Shown here piece by piece: positions 39,729 through 49,367 of a stretch of DNA of 64,000 nt. The stretch comes from Shigella phage Sf14. The notes under the pieces were generated by a model that had not been told where the DNA came from, ran no database searches, and saw nothing but the letters and a program-made list of their open reading frames with translations. The translations under genes were made by a program, and so were the position numbers. Positions within the stretch are counted from its first letter, which is position 1. Every line of letters begins with the position of its first letter. Location: sequence record MF327003. One strand, written 5' to 3'.

Positions 39729-42107
39729 ATGGCTGAATATAAGCTAAGTGAGCTAAACAGTATTGATACAGTTCGCTCAGAAGATTTACTTCACCTAAGA
39801 ATTATCAAAAGGTCTGATATGCTAGGTGATGAAGACCGTAAAATGACCTATGCAAATTTCCTTGCCTCTTTCAAACTAGAAAGATTCTTACAACTAACTG
39901 GTGGGGATATGACAGGGAATCTTGGCATCGTCAAATTAAGATACGGTGGAAAAGACTTATTAGACCCAACAGGTTCTTCTGAGGTTATTCTCGGTGACAC
40001 TGCCAAGACCTTTAGAATTAATGCAAGTGCTTTAAGATTAACTGTAAATGATGCCACAAGGTCTGCAACAGTTTATCACACACTTAATAAACCATCTCCT
40101 AATGAATTAGGTATGAGAACTAATACTGAAAATGATGCAAGATACGCTATGAAGGAAACTGAAAATACCTTCTTGGCAAGACAAATCATTAATATCAACG
40201 GTGTTGGTTTGACACTTAAAAGTATCTTACCAGATGGTGGAGCATATATTGAAGCAAGAGACTCAAATAATGCTTTGAGATTCACAGTTGGTAACTTGAC
40301 TTCTGGGACTGATGTTACATTAGTTAACAGCAAAGGTGCTACGTTGACTCTTGGTACAAACTCTGTTAGTGTTGACAAGAACTTTGAAATCAATGGTCAG
40401 GTTCAGCCTAATAACTGGAACAACCTTGATGCAAGATTCTTTACACAGACTGCTGCTGACCAGAGATTTGCAAGACTTAATGCAAGTAATAACTTTGTTG
40501 GGGTTAACAACTTCAACGGGAAGACTTATGTTATTGCAGATAGTAATGCACTTAACTTAAGAGCGGCTTCAGAGAATGCTGCATTATTTATGCGTGGTTA
40601 CAACAGTGCTGGGACAGGTGCTTGGTATGTGGGTCAACCAGATGGTACGCAGTCTGAGATTGTTTTAGCAAACCAGATGACAAATGTTAACTTGAAAATT
40701 GCTACAGAGTTTTCATTTAACAAAGCTATTAATGTAACTGGTCAGGTAAAACCAAGTGACTTCGCAAACTTTGATACAAGATATGTTCCAAGCTCTTTAA
40801 CAAACGTGCTTGCAAGAACTAATGCTGCAAACGTTTTTACTAACCCACAAACTATTGTTACTACAGATGCGGCTTTCACATTGCAAAGTGGGACAGCTAA
40901 TTCATCACTATATATTGTTGGTGCTAATGCAGATGGAAACAGACGTTGGTATGTTGGTAACGGTGAAGGTAGTAGACCAAACTCTCTGTTCCTGTACAAC
41001 TACTCAAGCGGTGGTGTACAGTTAGAAATTGCTGATACTTTCATGTTTAATAGAAGCGTATCAGTATCTGGTCAGGTTCAGCCTACAGATTGGACAAACT
41101 TTGACTCAAGATACTACACACAATCTGCTGCAAACTCAAGATATATGTTGTCTGGTGTATCTGGAACGGGAACCGAAGTCGGTGATGCAACAGGTATTGC
41201 TTGGAATGCAAAAACAGGTTTGTACAATGTTACCAACTCAACTGGTGGTTCGACTCACTTAGTTTACCAAATGTACCTTGGAATTGGCGCATCCACACCT
41301 TCTGCACAGCTTAAATTTAACTATAAGAATGGTGGAATCCACTATAGAACAGCAAGGGATGCTTTTGGTTTTGAAGAGGCTTGGGCTAAAATCTACACAG
41401 ACCAAGACAAACCTACACCTTCCGAGATTGGTACTTACACCAAGGCTGAAGTAGACCAACGTATTGCTTCTGCTGTAACTGATTCTACAGACCTTAAAAA
41501 AGTGTATCCAGTTGGTATTGTGACGTTCTTTGCTTCTAATGTCAACCCAAATACAGCTTTCCCAGGCACTACTTGGACTTACTTGACAGAAGGTGCAAAC
41601 AGAACTATTAGAATCGGCTCTGCGAATGGCTCTGATGTGAAAGGTCTTGGGGGTGCTGATACGGTTGCATTAAGTGTTGGTCACATCCCTGCGCACACTC
41701 ACGGATTCTCTGGAACGACTTCTTGGTTTGACTATGGTACTAAGTACACAGATGCTCAGGGTGCTCACGACCATGACAGAGGTAACATGGAAATATCTGG
41801 GGTGTTCGGGTGGTTCAGAAGTGATAATGCTGCATTCTATACTGCAAGTGGTGCTTTTGCAATGGGTGGTAGTCAGGCTTCTCATGGTTTCACTGGTTCT
41901 AACTTCACATATGGTGCTCCAGTTGATTTCTATGCTTCCAGAACTTGGACGGGTAGAACAAGCTGGGTAGGTGCTCATGCTCACGGTGTAGGTATTGGTG
42001 GACACAACCACACATTTAGTGGTGATACTGGTGCAACTGGTTCTGGTGCAGCATTCAGTGTTCTTAACACTTACATTAAATTAATGGCTTGGGTAAGAAC
42101 TGCATAA
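39729..42107 (+). CDS. long tail fiber protein sharing HxH C-terminal module
   Basis: 792 aa; internal repeats (GQVQP..W.N.D.R); C-terminal IPAHTHGFSG..HDHD..HAHG..HNHT. Confidence 0.6.
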   Translation: MAEYKLSELNSIDTVRSEDLLHLRIIKRSDMLGDEDRKMTYANFLASFKLERFLQLTGGDMTGNLGIVKLRYGGKDLLDPTGSSEVILGDTAKTFRINASALRLTVNDATRSATVYHTLNKPSPNELGMRTNTENDARYAMKETENTFLARQIININGVGLTLKSILPDGGAYIEARDSNNALRFTVGNLTSGTDVTLVNSKGATLTLGTNSVSVDKNFEINGQVQPNNWNNLDARFFTQTAADQRFARLNASNNFVGVNNFNGKTYVIADSNALNLRAASENAALFMRGYNSAGTGAWYVGQPDGTQSEIVLANQMTNVNLKIATEFSFNKAINVTGQVKPSDFANFDTRYVPSSLTNVLARTNAANVFTNPQTIVTTDAAFTLQSGTANSSLYIVGANADGNRRWYVGNGEGSRPNSLFLYNYSSGGVQLEIADTFMFNRSVSVSGQVQPTDWTNFDSRYYTQSAANSRYMLSGVSGTGTEVGDATGIAWNAKTGLYNVTNSTGGSTHLVYQMYLGIGASTPSAQLKFNYKNGGIHYRTARDAFGFEEAWAKIYTDQDKPTPSEIGTYTKAEVDQRIASAVTDSTDLKKVYPVGIVTFFASNVNPNTAFPGTTWTYLTEGANRTIRIGSANGSDVKGLGGADTVALSVGHIPAHTHGFSGTTSWFDYGTKYTDAQGAHDHDRGNMEISGVFGWFRSDNAAFYTASGAFAMGGSQASHGFTGSNFTYGAPVDFYASRTWTGRTSWVGAHAHGVGIGGHNHTFSGDTGATGSGAAFSVLNTYIKLMAWVRTA

Positions 42108-42115
42108 TTACCTTG

Positions 42116-42144
42116 TTGACTAACTGTCAAGATGGTGTTAATAT
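42116..42144 (+). promoter_or_regulatory. promoter TTGACT-N17-TAATAT
   Basis: -35 42116-42121, -10 42139-42144. Confidence 0.55.
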
Positions 42145-42193
42145 TTCTTAGTAGGTATTCTCACCATCTTGGCTCAAGAAGTAAGGTGATTAA

Positions 42194-42388
42194 ATGCCAA
42201 CCATTCTAGCAATCCTCATGAAAAACCTTGGGGCATTCTTTTGGAAGCTTCTTTTTTCTCTTCTCAGTGAATACATGATTGAAAAAGTGTTCTTTAAGCT
42301 TGCAAGATACCTTGCGAGTAAAACAGATACACCTATTGATGATGAATTTGTAGATACCTTGGAAAAGGCTTTTAAAGGTGAGAAATAA
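42194..42388 (+). CDS. small membrane protein (64 aa)
   Basis: N-terminal hydrophobic segment ILAILMKNLGAFFWKLLFSLL. Confidence 0.5.
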   Translation: MPTILAILMKNLGAFFWKLLFSLLSEYMIEKVFFKLARYLASKTDTPIDDEFVDTLEKAFKGEK

Positions 42389-42762
42389 TGAAGTGGCTTG
42401 AAGATGCTTTTAAGAATAATATTGGTGCAATCGTTGTAGGTATTTTCAGTGTAATTGGTATGTACACTACAATGCAGGTCTCTGATGGTAAACAGGAAGT
42501 GTCTATCACAAATAAGTTACAGCAGTTGGATGGTTACTCAAAAGGTAACTATTCAGCTATTCGTGACTTACAATCTGATATGAAGCTCCTACAATTAGGG
42601 ATGGAGAACCAGAAAGTTCAGCTAGAGAATGTTAAGGGAGAAAACGCTAAGTTGACTAAGACCCTTGATAAGTTCTCTGACAGTGTTAACAACTTAGCAC
42701 AATCTGTATCAGCTTTGCAAGCAATTACAGAACAAAATACCCAAAGCACTAAAAAGAAATAA
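42388..42762 (+). CDS. membrane-anchored coiled-coil protein (124 aa)
   Basis: N-terminal TM IGAIVVGIFSVIGMYTT then heptad-rich region. Confidence 0.5.
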   Translation: MKWLEDAFKNNIGAIVVGIFSVIGMYTTMQVSDGKQEVSITNKLQQLDGYSKGNYSAIRDLQSDMKLLQLGMENQKVQLENVKGENAKLTKTLDKFSDSVNNLAQSVSALQAITEQNTQSTKKK

Positions 42763-42767
42763 TTCTA

Positions 42768-42797
42768 AGGCTCCTTTTTACGGGAGCCTTTTTGTTT
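42768..42797 (+). terminator. intrinsic terminator AGGCTCC..GGAGCCT + TTTT
   Basis: 7-bp stem followed by T-run; sits between convergent units. Confidence 0.65.
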
Positions 42798-43697
42798 CTA
42801 CTTACCTACTGATAAAGGTGCTTCAATCTTACCAGCATGTTTATACCCTTTCAATCCACCTAGGAAGTCATCTGCTGTCATATGTCTCAAATCTTCAAGG
42901 GACTTCAAATCTTGATGAATTTCAAACTTAGGTGCTGGAAACTCTTCATTGCCAAGAAGCTGAAAAACCTGCGACATATGGTTCTGATAGATTTGAGTAT
43001 CACCATAAGTCCCTACCAGATATCGCGGTGTATATCCCGTCAGTTTACACAATACTTCCAAGATAAAGGCATAGGAAGCAATGTTAAACGGTAACCCTAA
43101 GAACGTATCACAAGAGCGCTGATACCATTTCAAATCCACCTCATTAGTGTTCGAGATATAAATCTGAAAAAGTACATGGCAAGGTGCTAATGCCATAGAG
43201 TTACTTGAGATATCTGCTGCATTCCATGCGTTAACGAGCATGTAACGGTCTGTAGGAGACTTTCTCATCTTCTCTACAAGATTACTCAACTGGTCTACAA
43301 CAACGCCACCATGACCTTCGTAGGCTCTCCATTGGACCCCATAGATTCTTCCTCCAGCGTCCTCCAGCCAATCATTCTCTGTAGCATAGGTTGTTTTCAA
43401 CCAACGTTTAAAATCATCTGTCCAGATAGTCCAACGCTCTCCGTCGTTCTCTCCCCAAGTTCTGTAACGCAAATGACCTAGTTGGTTTTCACCGTTCATA
43501 AACCATAATGCTTCACCGAGGACTTGACGCATAAATGTTTGTTTTGAGGTGATTAATGGAAATCCACTACGCATATCAAAACGGAACTCAGGTGGAGCAA
43601 AGGTCGAAATCACTGAGCCAGTTCGGGTTTTACGCAACTCACCAACTGATAAAACATGGTTTAAAATAGCTTTGTAGCTTACATCTGCTTGTGACAT
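42798..43697 (-). CDS. thyA: thymidylate synthase
   Basis: MALAPCH active-site motif, YQRSCDTFLGLPFNIASYA near-identical to enterobacterial ThyA. Confidence 0.9.
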   Translation of the reverse strand: MSQADVSYKAILNHVLSVGELRKTRTGSVISTFAPPEFRFDMRSGFPLITSKQTFMRQVLGEALWFMNGENQLGHLRYRTWGENDGERWTIWTDDFKRWLKTTYATENDWLEDAGGRIYGVQWRAYEGHGGVVVDQLSNLVEKMRKSPTDRYMLVNAWNAADISSNSMALAPCHVLFQIYISNTNEVDLKWYQRSCDTFLGLPFNIASYAFILEVLCKLTGYTPRYLVGTYGDTQIYQNHMSQVFQLLGNEEFPAPKFEIHQDLKSLEDLRHMTADDFLGGLKGYKHAGKIEAPLSVGK

Positions 43698-43698
43698 A

Positions 43699-44244
43699 TT
43701 AGAAAAGTCCTCTTACTTGTGGAACATAGGTATCAAACACTACAGACTTGTCTTCTGAAGGTTTGGACTGTACTTTAGCAAATAAATCTGTGTCATACAA
43801 GTACTGGAAGAAACCCTCATAAGGTAGCTTGACAGTAGCCTCTTCAGTAACTTCTTTAATAACACTGTGGAAAACTACGTCAGCATACGGCAAAGCTGAG
43901 ATTAAGATATTGGCTCCACCAATTACTAAAACATCTTCCTCAATAGAACTATCAATATACTTCAGGAAAGCCCCAAAAGCTTCAGGCTTAACTTTTGCTT
44001 TACAATGAGAGTCATCTTTAAAATCCAGACCATAAAAGTCAAGAGAGTTTGTCAAGACAAGGTTCTCACGGTTTGGCAAAGGTTTGCTACCAAGAGTCTT
44101 CCAAGTTTCGCTACCCATCAAGACTAACTGGTTAACAGTCTGCTTCTTAAACTCTGCCATATCTTGTTTATTACGAGGCCAAGGCATTCCAGTAGCTGTG
44201 CCAAACTCCCCGTTAATACCACTTGCAAAAATTAACTTAATCAT
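43699..44244 (-). CDS. frd: dihydrofolate reductase
   Basis: N-terminal MIKLIFA..G.PW motif; adjacent to thyA. Confidence 0.75.
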   Translation of the reverse strand: MIKLIFASGINGEFGTATGMPWPRNKQDMAEFKKQTVNQLVLMGSETWKTLGSKPLPNRENLVLTNSLDFYGLDFKDDSHCKAKVKPEAFGAFLKYIDSSIEEDVLVIGGANILISALPYADVVFHSVIKEVTEEATVKLPYEGFFQYLYDTDLFAKVQSKPSEDKSVVFDTYVPQVRGLF

Positions 44245-44513
44245 TTTGTAAATCCTTTGATAATGAACCAGTTCAGAACACGCTTCACAATCCTGTTCGG
44301 ATGGTAAACAAGGTGAGGTTGTGGTTCATAACTTCCATAAGCCCAAAAAGATAAAATCTTTCCACATCCACAGCAACGGGTGTACTCTTCAGCGATGTTA
44401 CCAGAGACAATCTCTGAAACTTCACCTTGGAAGTTCTCACCTCCACAATGGCAGCATTTAACTGGCTCACCATTATTCATGTAACACTGTGATACTCCGC
44501 TTAAGATTTTCAT
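44241..44513 (-). CDS. zinc-ribbon protein (90 aa)
   Basis: CHCGG ... CCGCG cysteine pairs. Confidence 0.5.
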   Translation of the reverse strand: MKILSGVSQCYMNNGEPVKCCHCGGENFQGEVSEIVSGNIAEEYTRCCGCGKILSFWAYGSYEPQPHLVYHPNRIVKRVLNWFIIKGFTK

Positions 44514-45025
44514 TTTTTGTTTACCTTAAAAGTGCGTTCAAATTTTAGTATGAAATCAAGGTCATCAACTTCACTTGACAGGAAATCTTCAAAGTGTTTT
44601 GGAACAAAGTCTAAGAAACTCATAGAACCAAAGTCACCTGTCAGTTTGATAGTGCCTTGTTCACACTCAGCAGTTACTACATGACCACCTTCAGTCTGCT
44701 TAACAATCTCTACAATATCAGCTATAAAGATGTTTAGCAATGCTTTAAAGCTTCTTGGATACTGTGTATCTGAGTAGAGTTCAATACTTGGCTCCAGATT
44801 AACTTCAATAGAACGACTGTCACGTAGCTCTGGAGTAAATAAGTGAGCAGGAAGAACACACAAGGAATCAGCAGTGTCTTCATCAATGAACTCAATAGTT
44901 CCTGCATCATAGTTAGTATCAATCAAGAATGTCTTCTCAGTATGATTTGTAGACTTCATATGCTCAGACAACATTGATTTCAAGAACTCTGCTTCAGGCT
45001 GGCAAAGGGTAATTCCAATTTTCAT
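44510..45025 (-). CDS. hypothetical protein (171 aa)
   Basis: ORF track. Confidence 0.55.
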   Translation of the reverse strand: MKIGITLCQPEAEFLKSMLSEHMKSTNHTEKTFLIDTNYDAGTIEFIDEDTADSLCVLPAHLFTPELRDSRSIEVNLEPSIELYSDTQYPRSFKALLNIFIADIVEIVKQTEGGHVVTAECEQGTIKLTGDFGSMSFLDFVPKHFEDFLSSEVDDLDFILKFERTFKVNKK

Positions 45026-45026
45026 G

Positions 45027-45530
45027 TTAAACCTCTACAAAAGTATCTTTGTCATTATCATACTTGAAGAATTTTATACACTTTTGTGTATTCCAGTCAA
45101 CCTTTTCATCATAAGCAATACCTTTTGCTACACGCTTTCCAATAGTCTGTGTAATGATTTCACGGAGCTTTACATACTCTTTCCAATCTCTTGAGCCAAT
45201 AGTTATATTATATTTGTTATAACTATCAATTGCTTGTTCGTTATAGCGTATCTCCATAGGACTTGCAGGTTTGTACAGATGGGGTAGTAAATTCCAACCC
45301 ATATGCCCCTCTTCTTTGGCTAGTTCTAGTTGGTGAAGATATTCATTTAACCGTCCATCTTCCTCAAGCCACCTGTGAAGTGTCTGCAAGCCTAAGATGT
45401 TTTTGTTAAAGTGTGATGCACGTTTCACAGAGCCTAAATCACAACGATAATCTGACTTTGGTAGTGACAGTATGCTGCCTTGCAATACACTGTACCCAAA
45501 GTATAAATCGAGTTTTAAGGGAAGAGACAT
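45027..45530 (-). CDS. hypothetical protein (167 aa)
   Basis: ORF track. Confidence 0.55.
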   Translation of the reverse strand: MSLPLKLDLYFGYSVLQGSILSLPKSDYRCDLGSVKRASHFNKNILGLQTLHRWLEEDGRLNEYLHQLELAKEEGHMGWNLLPHLYKPASPMEIRYNEQAIDSYNKYNITIGSRDWKEYVKLREIITQTIGKRVAKGIAYDEKVDWNTQKCIKFFKYDNDKDTFVEV

Positions 45531-45874
45531 TTGATATCCTCATTTTTAAACACAAAAGTTGTGTAGTTGTGACCGTCAACATCTAACCAGACAGCCTTGA
45601 CTTCAACACCATCTAGGTTCTCTGACAACTCTTTGATGAAGTGGTCTCGTACCTTTTTGGCACTGGTGGTTTCAAGTTTGATGTTAGAGATTGCAGAGCC
45701 AATTGCCATATAACCTCTTACACGGTTTGCTTCAGTATGCTTCATACCACCAGTTGTGTAAACCTCTTTCAAGGTCTCCAGAATTGCATTACCATAAAGC
45801 TTCTCTGCTGGAGTTGGTTTACTATAGAAGCCAATTGCAAAGTTATCGTTAAAGATTGCATTTTCACGTTTCAT
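45515..45874 (-). CDS. hypothetical protein (119 aa)
   Basis: ORF track. Confidence 0.5.
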   Translation of the reverse strand: MKRENAIFNDNFAIGFYSKPTPAEKLYGNAILETLKEVYTTGGMKHTEANRVRGYMAIGSAISNIKLETTSAKKVRDHFIKELSENLDGVEVKAVWLDVDGHNYTTFVFKNEDIKCLFP

Positions 45875-45875
45875 A

Positions 45876-46175
45876 TTAATCTGCCAGCCTTAAGTTAAAA
45901 TTTACACCAAGTTTTGTACAAGCATTAAGCATGTACTCTAAAGAAATCTTTTGAGGGTCGTTAATGATATTTGATACACGACTCTGTGAGATTTCACAAA
46001 CAGTTGCTACTTGAGCCTGAGAAAGTTTTAGCTTCTCAATCTCTTTAGAGAATCTGAAAGATACAAAGTCTTTCATCTCTTCTATATCCATTGGACAGAC
46101 ATAACTCTCCATTTCAGCCTCTCTATCAGCCTCCCAAGAATCTTGAGGTGCATATGGGTCAAAGACTTCATTCAT
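45876..46175 (-). CDS. helix-turn-helix (XRE-like) DNA-binding protein
   Basis: LSQAQVATVCEISQSRVSNI resembles Cro/C1-type HTH. Confidence 0.5.
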   Translation of the reverse strand: MNEVFDPYAPQDSWEADREAEMESYVCPMDIEEMKDFVSFRFSKEIEKLKLSQAQVATVCEISQSRVSNIINDPQKISLEYMLNACTKLGVNFNLRLAD

Positions 46176-46371
46176 CTTTCTTTCTCCGTTTTCGAGAAGT
46201 GTCTATTAACGAATCAAGATTAGTTGCTCTGACGTTTTCACGAGTCCCATTAATGTAGTTATCTAAAGACTCTACAACGGTTGCAAAATCATTAGCCCAA
46301 ACTCTGTAAATAACTACTCCGTCATCATCGACCACTTCACCATAGTCTGTTCTACAGATGTTCTTCCTCAT
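46168..46371 (-). CDS. hypothetical protein (67 aa)
   Basis: ORF track. Confidence 0.45.
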   Translation of the reverse strand: MRKNICRTDYGEVVDDDGVVIYRVWANDFATVVESLDNYINGTRENVRATNLDSLIDTSRKRRKKDE

Positions 46372-46373
46372 GA

Positions 46374-46754
46374 TTATAAACCCATGCAGTGACGATTTTC
46401 AATAAAGTATTGAACACCTTTGAAAGACTCACGCATAAAGTTGTCTTTCACATCTTCTACAGTCTCAATACCTTTGCTATCAAGAAGGTCAACGTTCTGA
46501 GTGACCATCTCATCTGCTAATCTGTCATAGTAATCTCCCATAAAATGGTAGTTGTAGTCAACCATCTTATCAGTCATTTCTTGAACAGTCTGAGCAGACA
46601 ACGGTTTAGTCAACTCTCCAGCATTTGAAGCGATTTTCTGTACAATCTTACAAGATTCTAAAGCAACACCATTAAAGTTTGCTTCAGGCATCTTCATAGC
46701 TGCTGCACTAAAACTCATACCAAGAGCAACAATACCAACAAGTAACTTTTTCAT
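46374..46754 (-). CDS. secreted/periplasmic protein (signal peptide)
   Basis: N-terminal MKKLLVGIVALGMSFSAAA signal-like sequence. Confidence 0.55.
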   Translation of the reverse strand: MKKLLVGIVALGMSFSAAAMKMPEANFNGVALESCKIVQKIASNAGELTKPLSAQTVQEMTDKMVDYNYHFMGDYYDRLADEMVTQNVDLLDSKGIETVEDVKDNFMRESFKGVQYFIENRHCMGL

Positions 46755-46995
46755 AACTACCTCCGAGGTTTCTGACGGGTTCCTATATAATTTTCTATAT
46801 AGGTAGTATACCCGTCAGGTTACTCATGTCAACAACTTTATACTAAATACATTCTAACTGCTGCATTCACTGCAAATGATAACAGAGTAAGGGCTAAGGC
46901 TGCTTTGTATGTTATACTTAACAGTTTACTTATGAAGTAAGATAATGATAAAACAACAAAAACAAACAGGATAATTGTACTAAACATACTAACCT

Positions 46996-48096
46996 CTATT
47001 CATAGTCTCGAATTACTAGCCCAACAGGGAACTGTAAAGAACCCTTACGAGTCATCTTCTGGAACTGAACCGTTAAAGGTTTCCCGATAAATTCTTCAGG
47101 ATGTTCAGCAAGATACTGTTTCTTCTCGTGTGTAGTTTTCCATGAAACATCTACAAAGACGTTAGGAAGAGTCTCTACAACGAACTTACCATGACCACGT
47201 TTATCAGTCTTTACACCAGTTACTTTAAATTCCTGTGTGTGCATCTTCTTGTGCTTAATCAGGAAGTAAGAGCGATGACCACACTCATAGAACGAATCTG
47301 GTGAGATTGACCGATACATTGCCCCTTCAAACTTGAGTTTAACCCAATTGTCATGAGCATTATCAAATTCTTCCCAAGAGTTAACACGGATTGTCTGAAC
47401 AGGTACAACCCTGCAAGCATCACCGAGTTCAACGATTGGTGAATTATCAATAACTTCACGACGCTCAGGCCAAGATTTAGTCTTGTCACAGATATCATAC
47501 CAGTAGAATTTAAGAAGGTGACGGTCTGGATTGTCAGCATTCTTAATCATAGACACAATATCTTCCAAGTCCCAACCATGAGCATAAATCTCACCGTCGA
47601 AATCTTCAACATCTTTGTGCAGTTTCAGCATAAGAAGAACATCAGGAATCAACTCTACAGGAATGTTGTATACCGTGTTCTCACGAGAGTATGCTGTAAA
47701 ACTTTCTGAGTCAGCATCTCTTGAAATCCTGCAACGAACCCCGTCAAGTTTAGGTTGAGCATCGGCAGGGAATACCAGATACTTCTTGTGACTTATCTTG
47801 GAAGCATCCTGAGCAAGCTGTACACCAACCTTCTCAACATTCTCTGCTTCAGACTTTGTGTAAGCATACCCTTTACGGTCAACCTGCTTCTTGTACTTAG
47901 CAGCAACTTCAAAGAGAGCTTGCTGTTCAGCATTACGCTCATTCTTCTTACCGATGTTCTTAGGTTCTGCTGTGTACTCTTCAAACATCATCTTGCCATT
48001 TTCTTTACCATAAGTTGTGACGACTTTATCACCTACAGCAACACATGACCAGACGTTGAAAGAACCATCTTTATTTTGTTTGTACAGAATTGTCAT
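46996..48096 (-). CDS. ATP-dependent DNA ligase
   Basis: KxDG adenylation motif in PKLDGVRC; size 366 aa typical of T7-type ligase. Confidence 0.8.
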   Translation of the reverse strand: MTILYKQNKDGSFNVWSCVAVGDKVVTTYGKENGKMMFEEYTAEPKNIGKKNERNAEQQALFEVAAKYKKQVDRKGYAYTKSEAENVEKVGVQLAQDASKISHKKYLVFPADAQPKLDGVRCRISRDADSESFTAYSRENTVYNIPVELIPDVLLMLKLHKDVEDFDGEIYAHGWDLEDIVSMIKNADNPDRHLLKFYWYDICDKTKSWPERREVIDNSPIVELGDACRVVPVQTIRVNSWEEFDNAHDNWVKLKFEGAMYRSISPDSFYECGHRSYFLIKHKKMHTQEFKVTGVKTDKRGHGKFVVETLPNVFVDVSWKTTHEKKQYLAEHPEEFIGKPLTVQFQKMTRKGSLQFPVGLVIRDYE

Positions 48097-48187
48097 TTAT
48101 TACGTGCCTCACAAGCTAGACAACCTTTTGTGAAAAATGAGTGCCAAGAGCACCCTCCAAAATCTTCAGAGATGATACGTAAGACTC

Positions 48188-48445
48188 TCATTGCCACTTA
48201 CCTTTTAAATACACATTTACAACTTGGTGGTCATAGCCATCTTTAAGTTTATGCTTGACCTCTTCAACTCTGTAGTTCCAATCATTAATCTCAACAGTCT
48301 CCCCTTCTCGTGGAATAACTGGATTGCGTTGAGCTACAGTCATAGTGCTGAAGATGTTTTCATACTTATAGATAAAGTTTACTAGAACCTGCATATCAAT
48401 ATCCTTCATCAAAAACTGTGGTGTGTGACTGACTATTCTTCCCAT
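48188..48445 (-). CDS. hypothetical protein (85 aa)
   Basis: ORF track. Confidence 0.45.
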   Translation of the reverse strand: MGRIVSHTPQFLMKDIDMQVLVNFIYKYENIFSTMTVAQRNPVIPREGETVEINDWNYRVEEVKHKLKDGYDHQVVNVYLKGKWQ

Positions 48446-48641
48446 ACTTGTAAGAAGTTGTCGTCTGAGAATTTGGGCAGCGAACTACAATAACATCTCT
48501 GCTAGTGGCATCACCATTAAGCTTGTAAATCTTACAGTCTTGCATTTCTGGAGGAAGTCTGTAAGAAGCATCCTTGTTCTCATAAGAAGGGTTGCACCCC
48601 ACCAGTAGGACCGCTAAAGCTGGTATCAATAATTTTAACAT
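48396..48641 (-). CDS. small lipoprotein (81 aa)
   Basis: lipobox LLVGC after hydrophobic signal MLKLLIPALAV. Confidence 0.55.
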   Translation of the reverse strand: MLKLLIPALAVLLVGCNPSYENKDASYRLPPEMQDCKIYKLNGDATSRDVIVVRCPNSQTTTSYKYGKNSQSHTTVFDEGY

Positions 48642-48651
48642 TTTAAACCTC

Positions 48652-48918
48652 TCAATAAAATAAATCTGAAGCTTTTGAATTTACAGGATTCAAAGAACCT
48701 TCGTAATGTTCTTCATAACCCTCTTGGCAGATATTATACAGTTCTTTGAATCGGGTTTCATCAACTGGTTTAACATCTTTCTTAGCGCATAAGAAGAGAT
48801 ACCAATCATACCCCAAATCTCTGCACCAAGCCTCTGAGACAAAAGCTATTGATTTGTCTTCGCTCTTGAAGATTACTAAAGCTTCTTGCTCTTTATTGCT
48901 CATTTTTGGTGTCTCCAA
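48652..48918 (-). CDS. hypothetical acidic protein (88 aa)
   Basis: ORF track. Confidence 0.5.
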   Translation of the reverse strand: METPKMSNKEQEALVIFKSEDKSIAFVSEAWCRDLGYDWYLFLCAKKDVKPVDETRFKELYNICQEGYEEHYEGSLNPVNSKASDLFY

Positions 48919-49109
48919 AATTCAATATCAATAAGTTCCTGTGCAATACTCTTCAGATTCCCTTTCAAGAAAACCTTTTCAGAGTTAGGTAGGCTTGCAT
49001 TATCAATGAGTCTATTCATTCTGTCAAAAAGAGTTTTCTTCCGATTCTTGATAGTCTCTTTTGAAGCCCCTTGCATCATGGCAAGATGAGTTCTTCCACG
49101 ATGGCTCAT
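48900..49109 (-). CDS. hypothetical basic protein (69 aa)
   Basis: ORF track. Confidence 0.45.
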   Translation of the reverse strand: MSHRGRTHLAMMQGASKETIKNRKKTLFDRMNRLIDNASLPNSEKVFLKGNLKSIAQELIDIEFWRHQK

Positions 49110-49306
49110 AGACGTTCACCTTTAAGGTAGCCTGTCTTATCCTTGATAATCTTGCCCCCAGCGATAAAAATATCAACCTTGAAAAGATTTTCATTAGAAA
49201 GCTTGAGGTGCTTATGGCTACTGCAAATGATGATGCACATAGATTCAATCTCACTTTGAGAGTATCCAGCACATTGCAGTTGAACTTCAATTTCTGAAAT
49301 AGTCAT
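49106..49306 (-). CDS. hypothetical protein (66 aa)
   Basis: ORF track. Confidence 0.45.
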   Translation of the reverse strand: MTISEIEVQLQCAGYSQSEIESMCIIICSSHKHLKLSNENLFKVDIFIAGGKIIKDKTGYLKGERL

Positions 49307-49367
49307 ACAAGTCTCCTATACAATATAGAGTATAAGGTACTCTTCCATGAGCACCTTGTCAACACTA

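Noticed and set aside
42798-43697. dCMP hydroxymethylase instead of thymidylate synthase
   Set aside because: Sequence is near-identical to bacterial ThyA across the active-site and folate-binding regions (LAPCH, YQRSCD, LGLPFNIASYA), so canonical thyA was called.
48188-48641. Rz/Rz1-type spanin pair (lipoprotein 48396..48641 overlapping 48188..48445)
   Set aside because: The partner protein has no transmembrane segment, gene order is lipoprotein first, and the locus is far from the endolysin; kept only as a possible exclusion lipoprotein.
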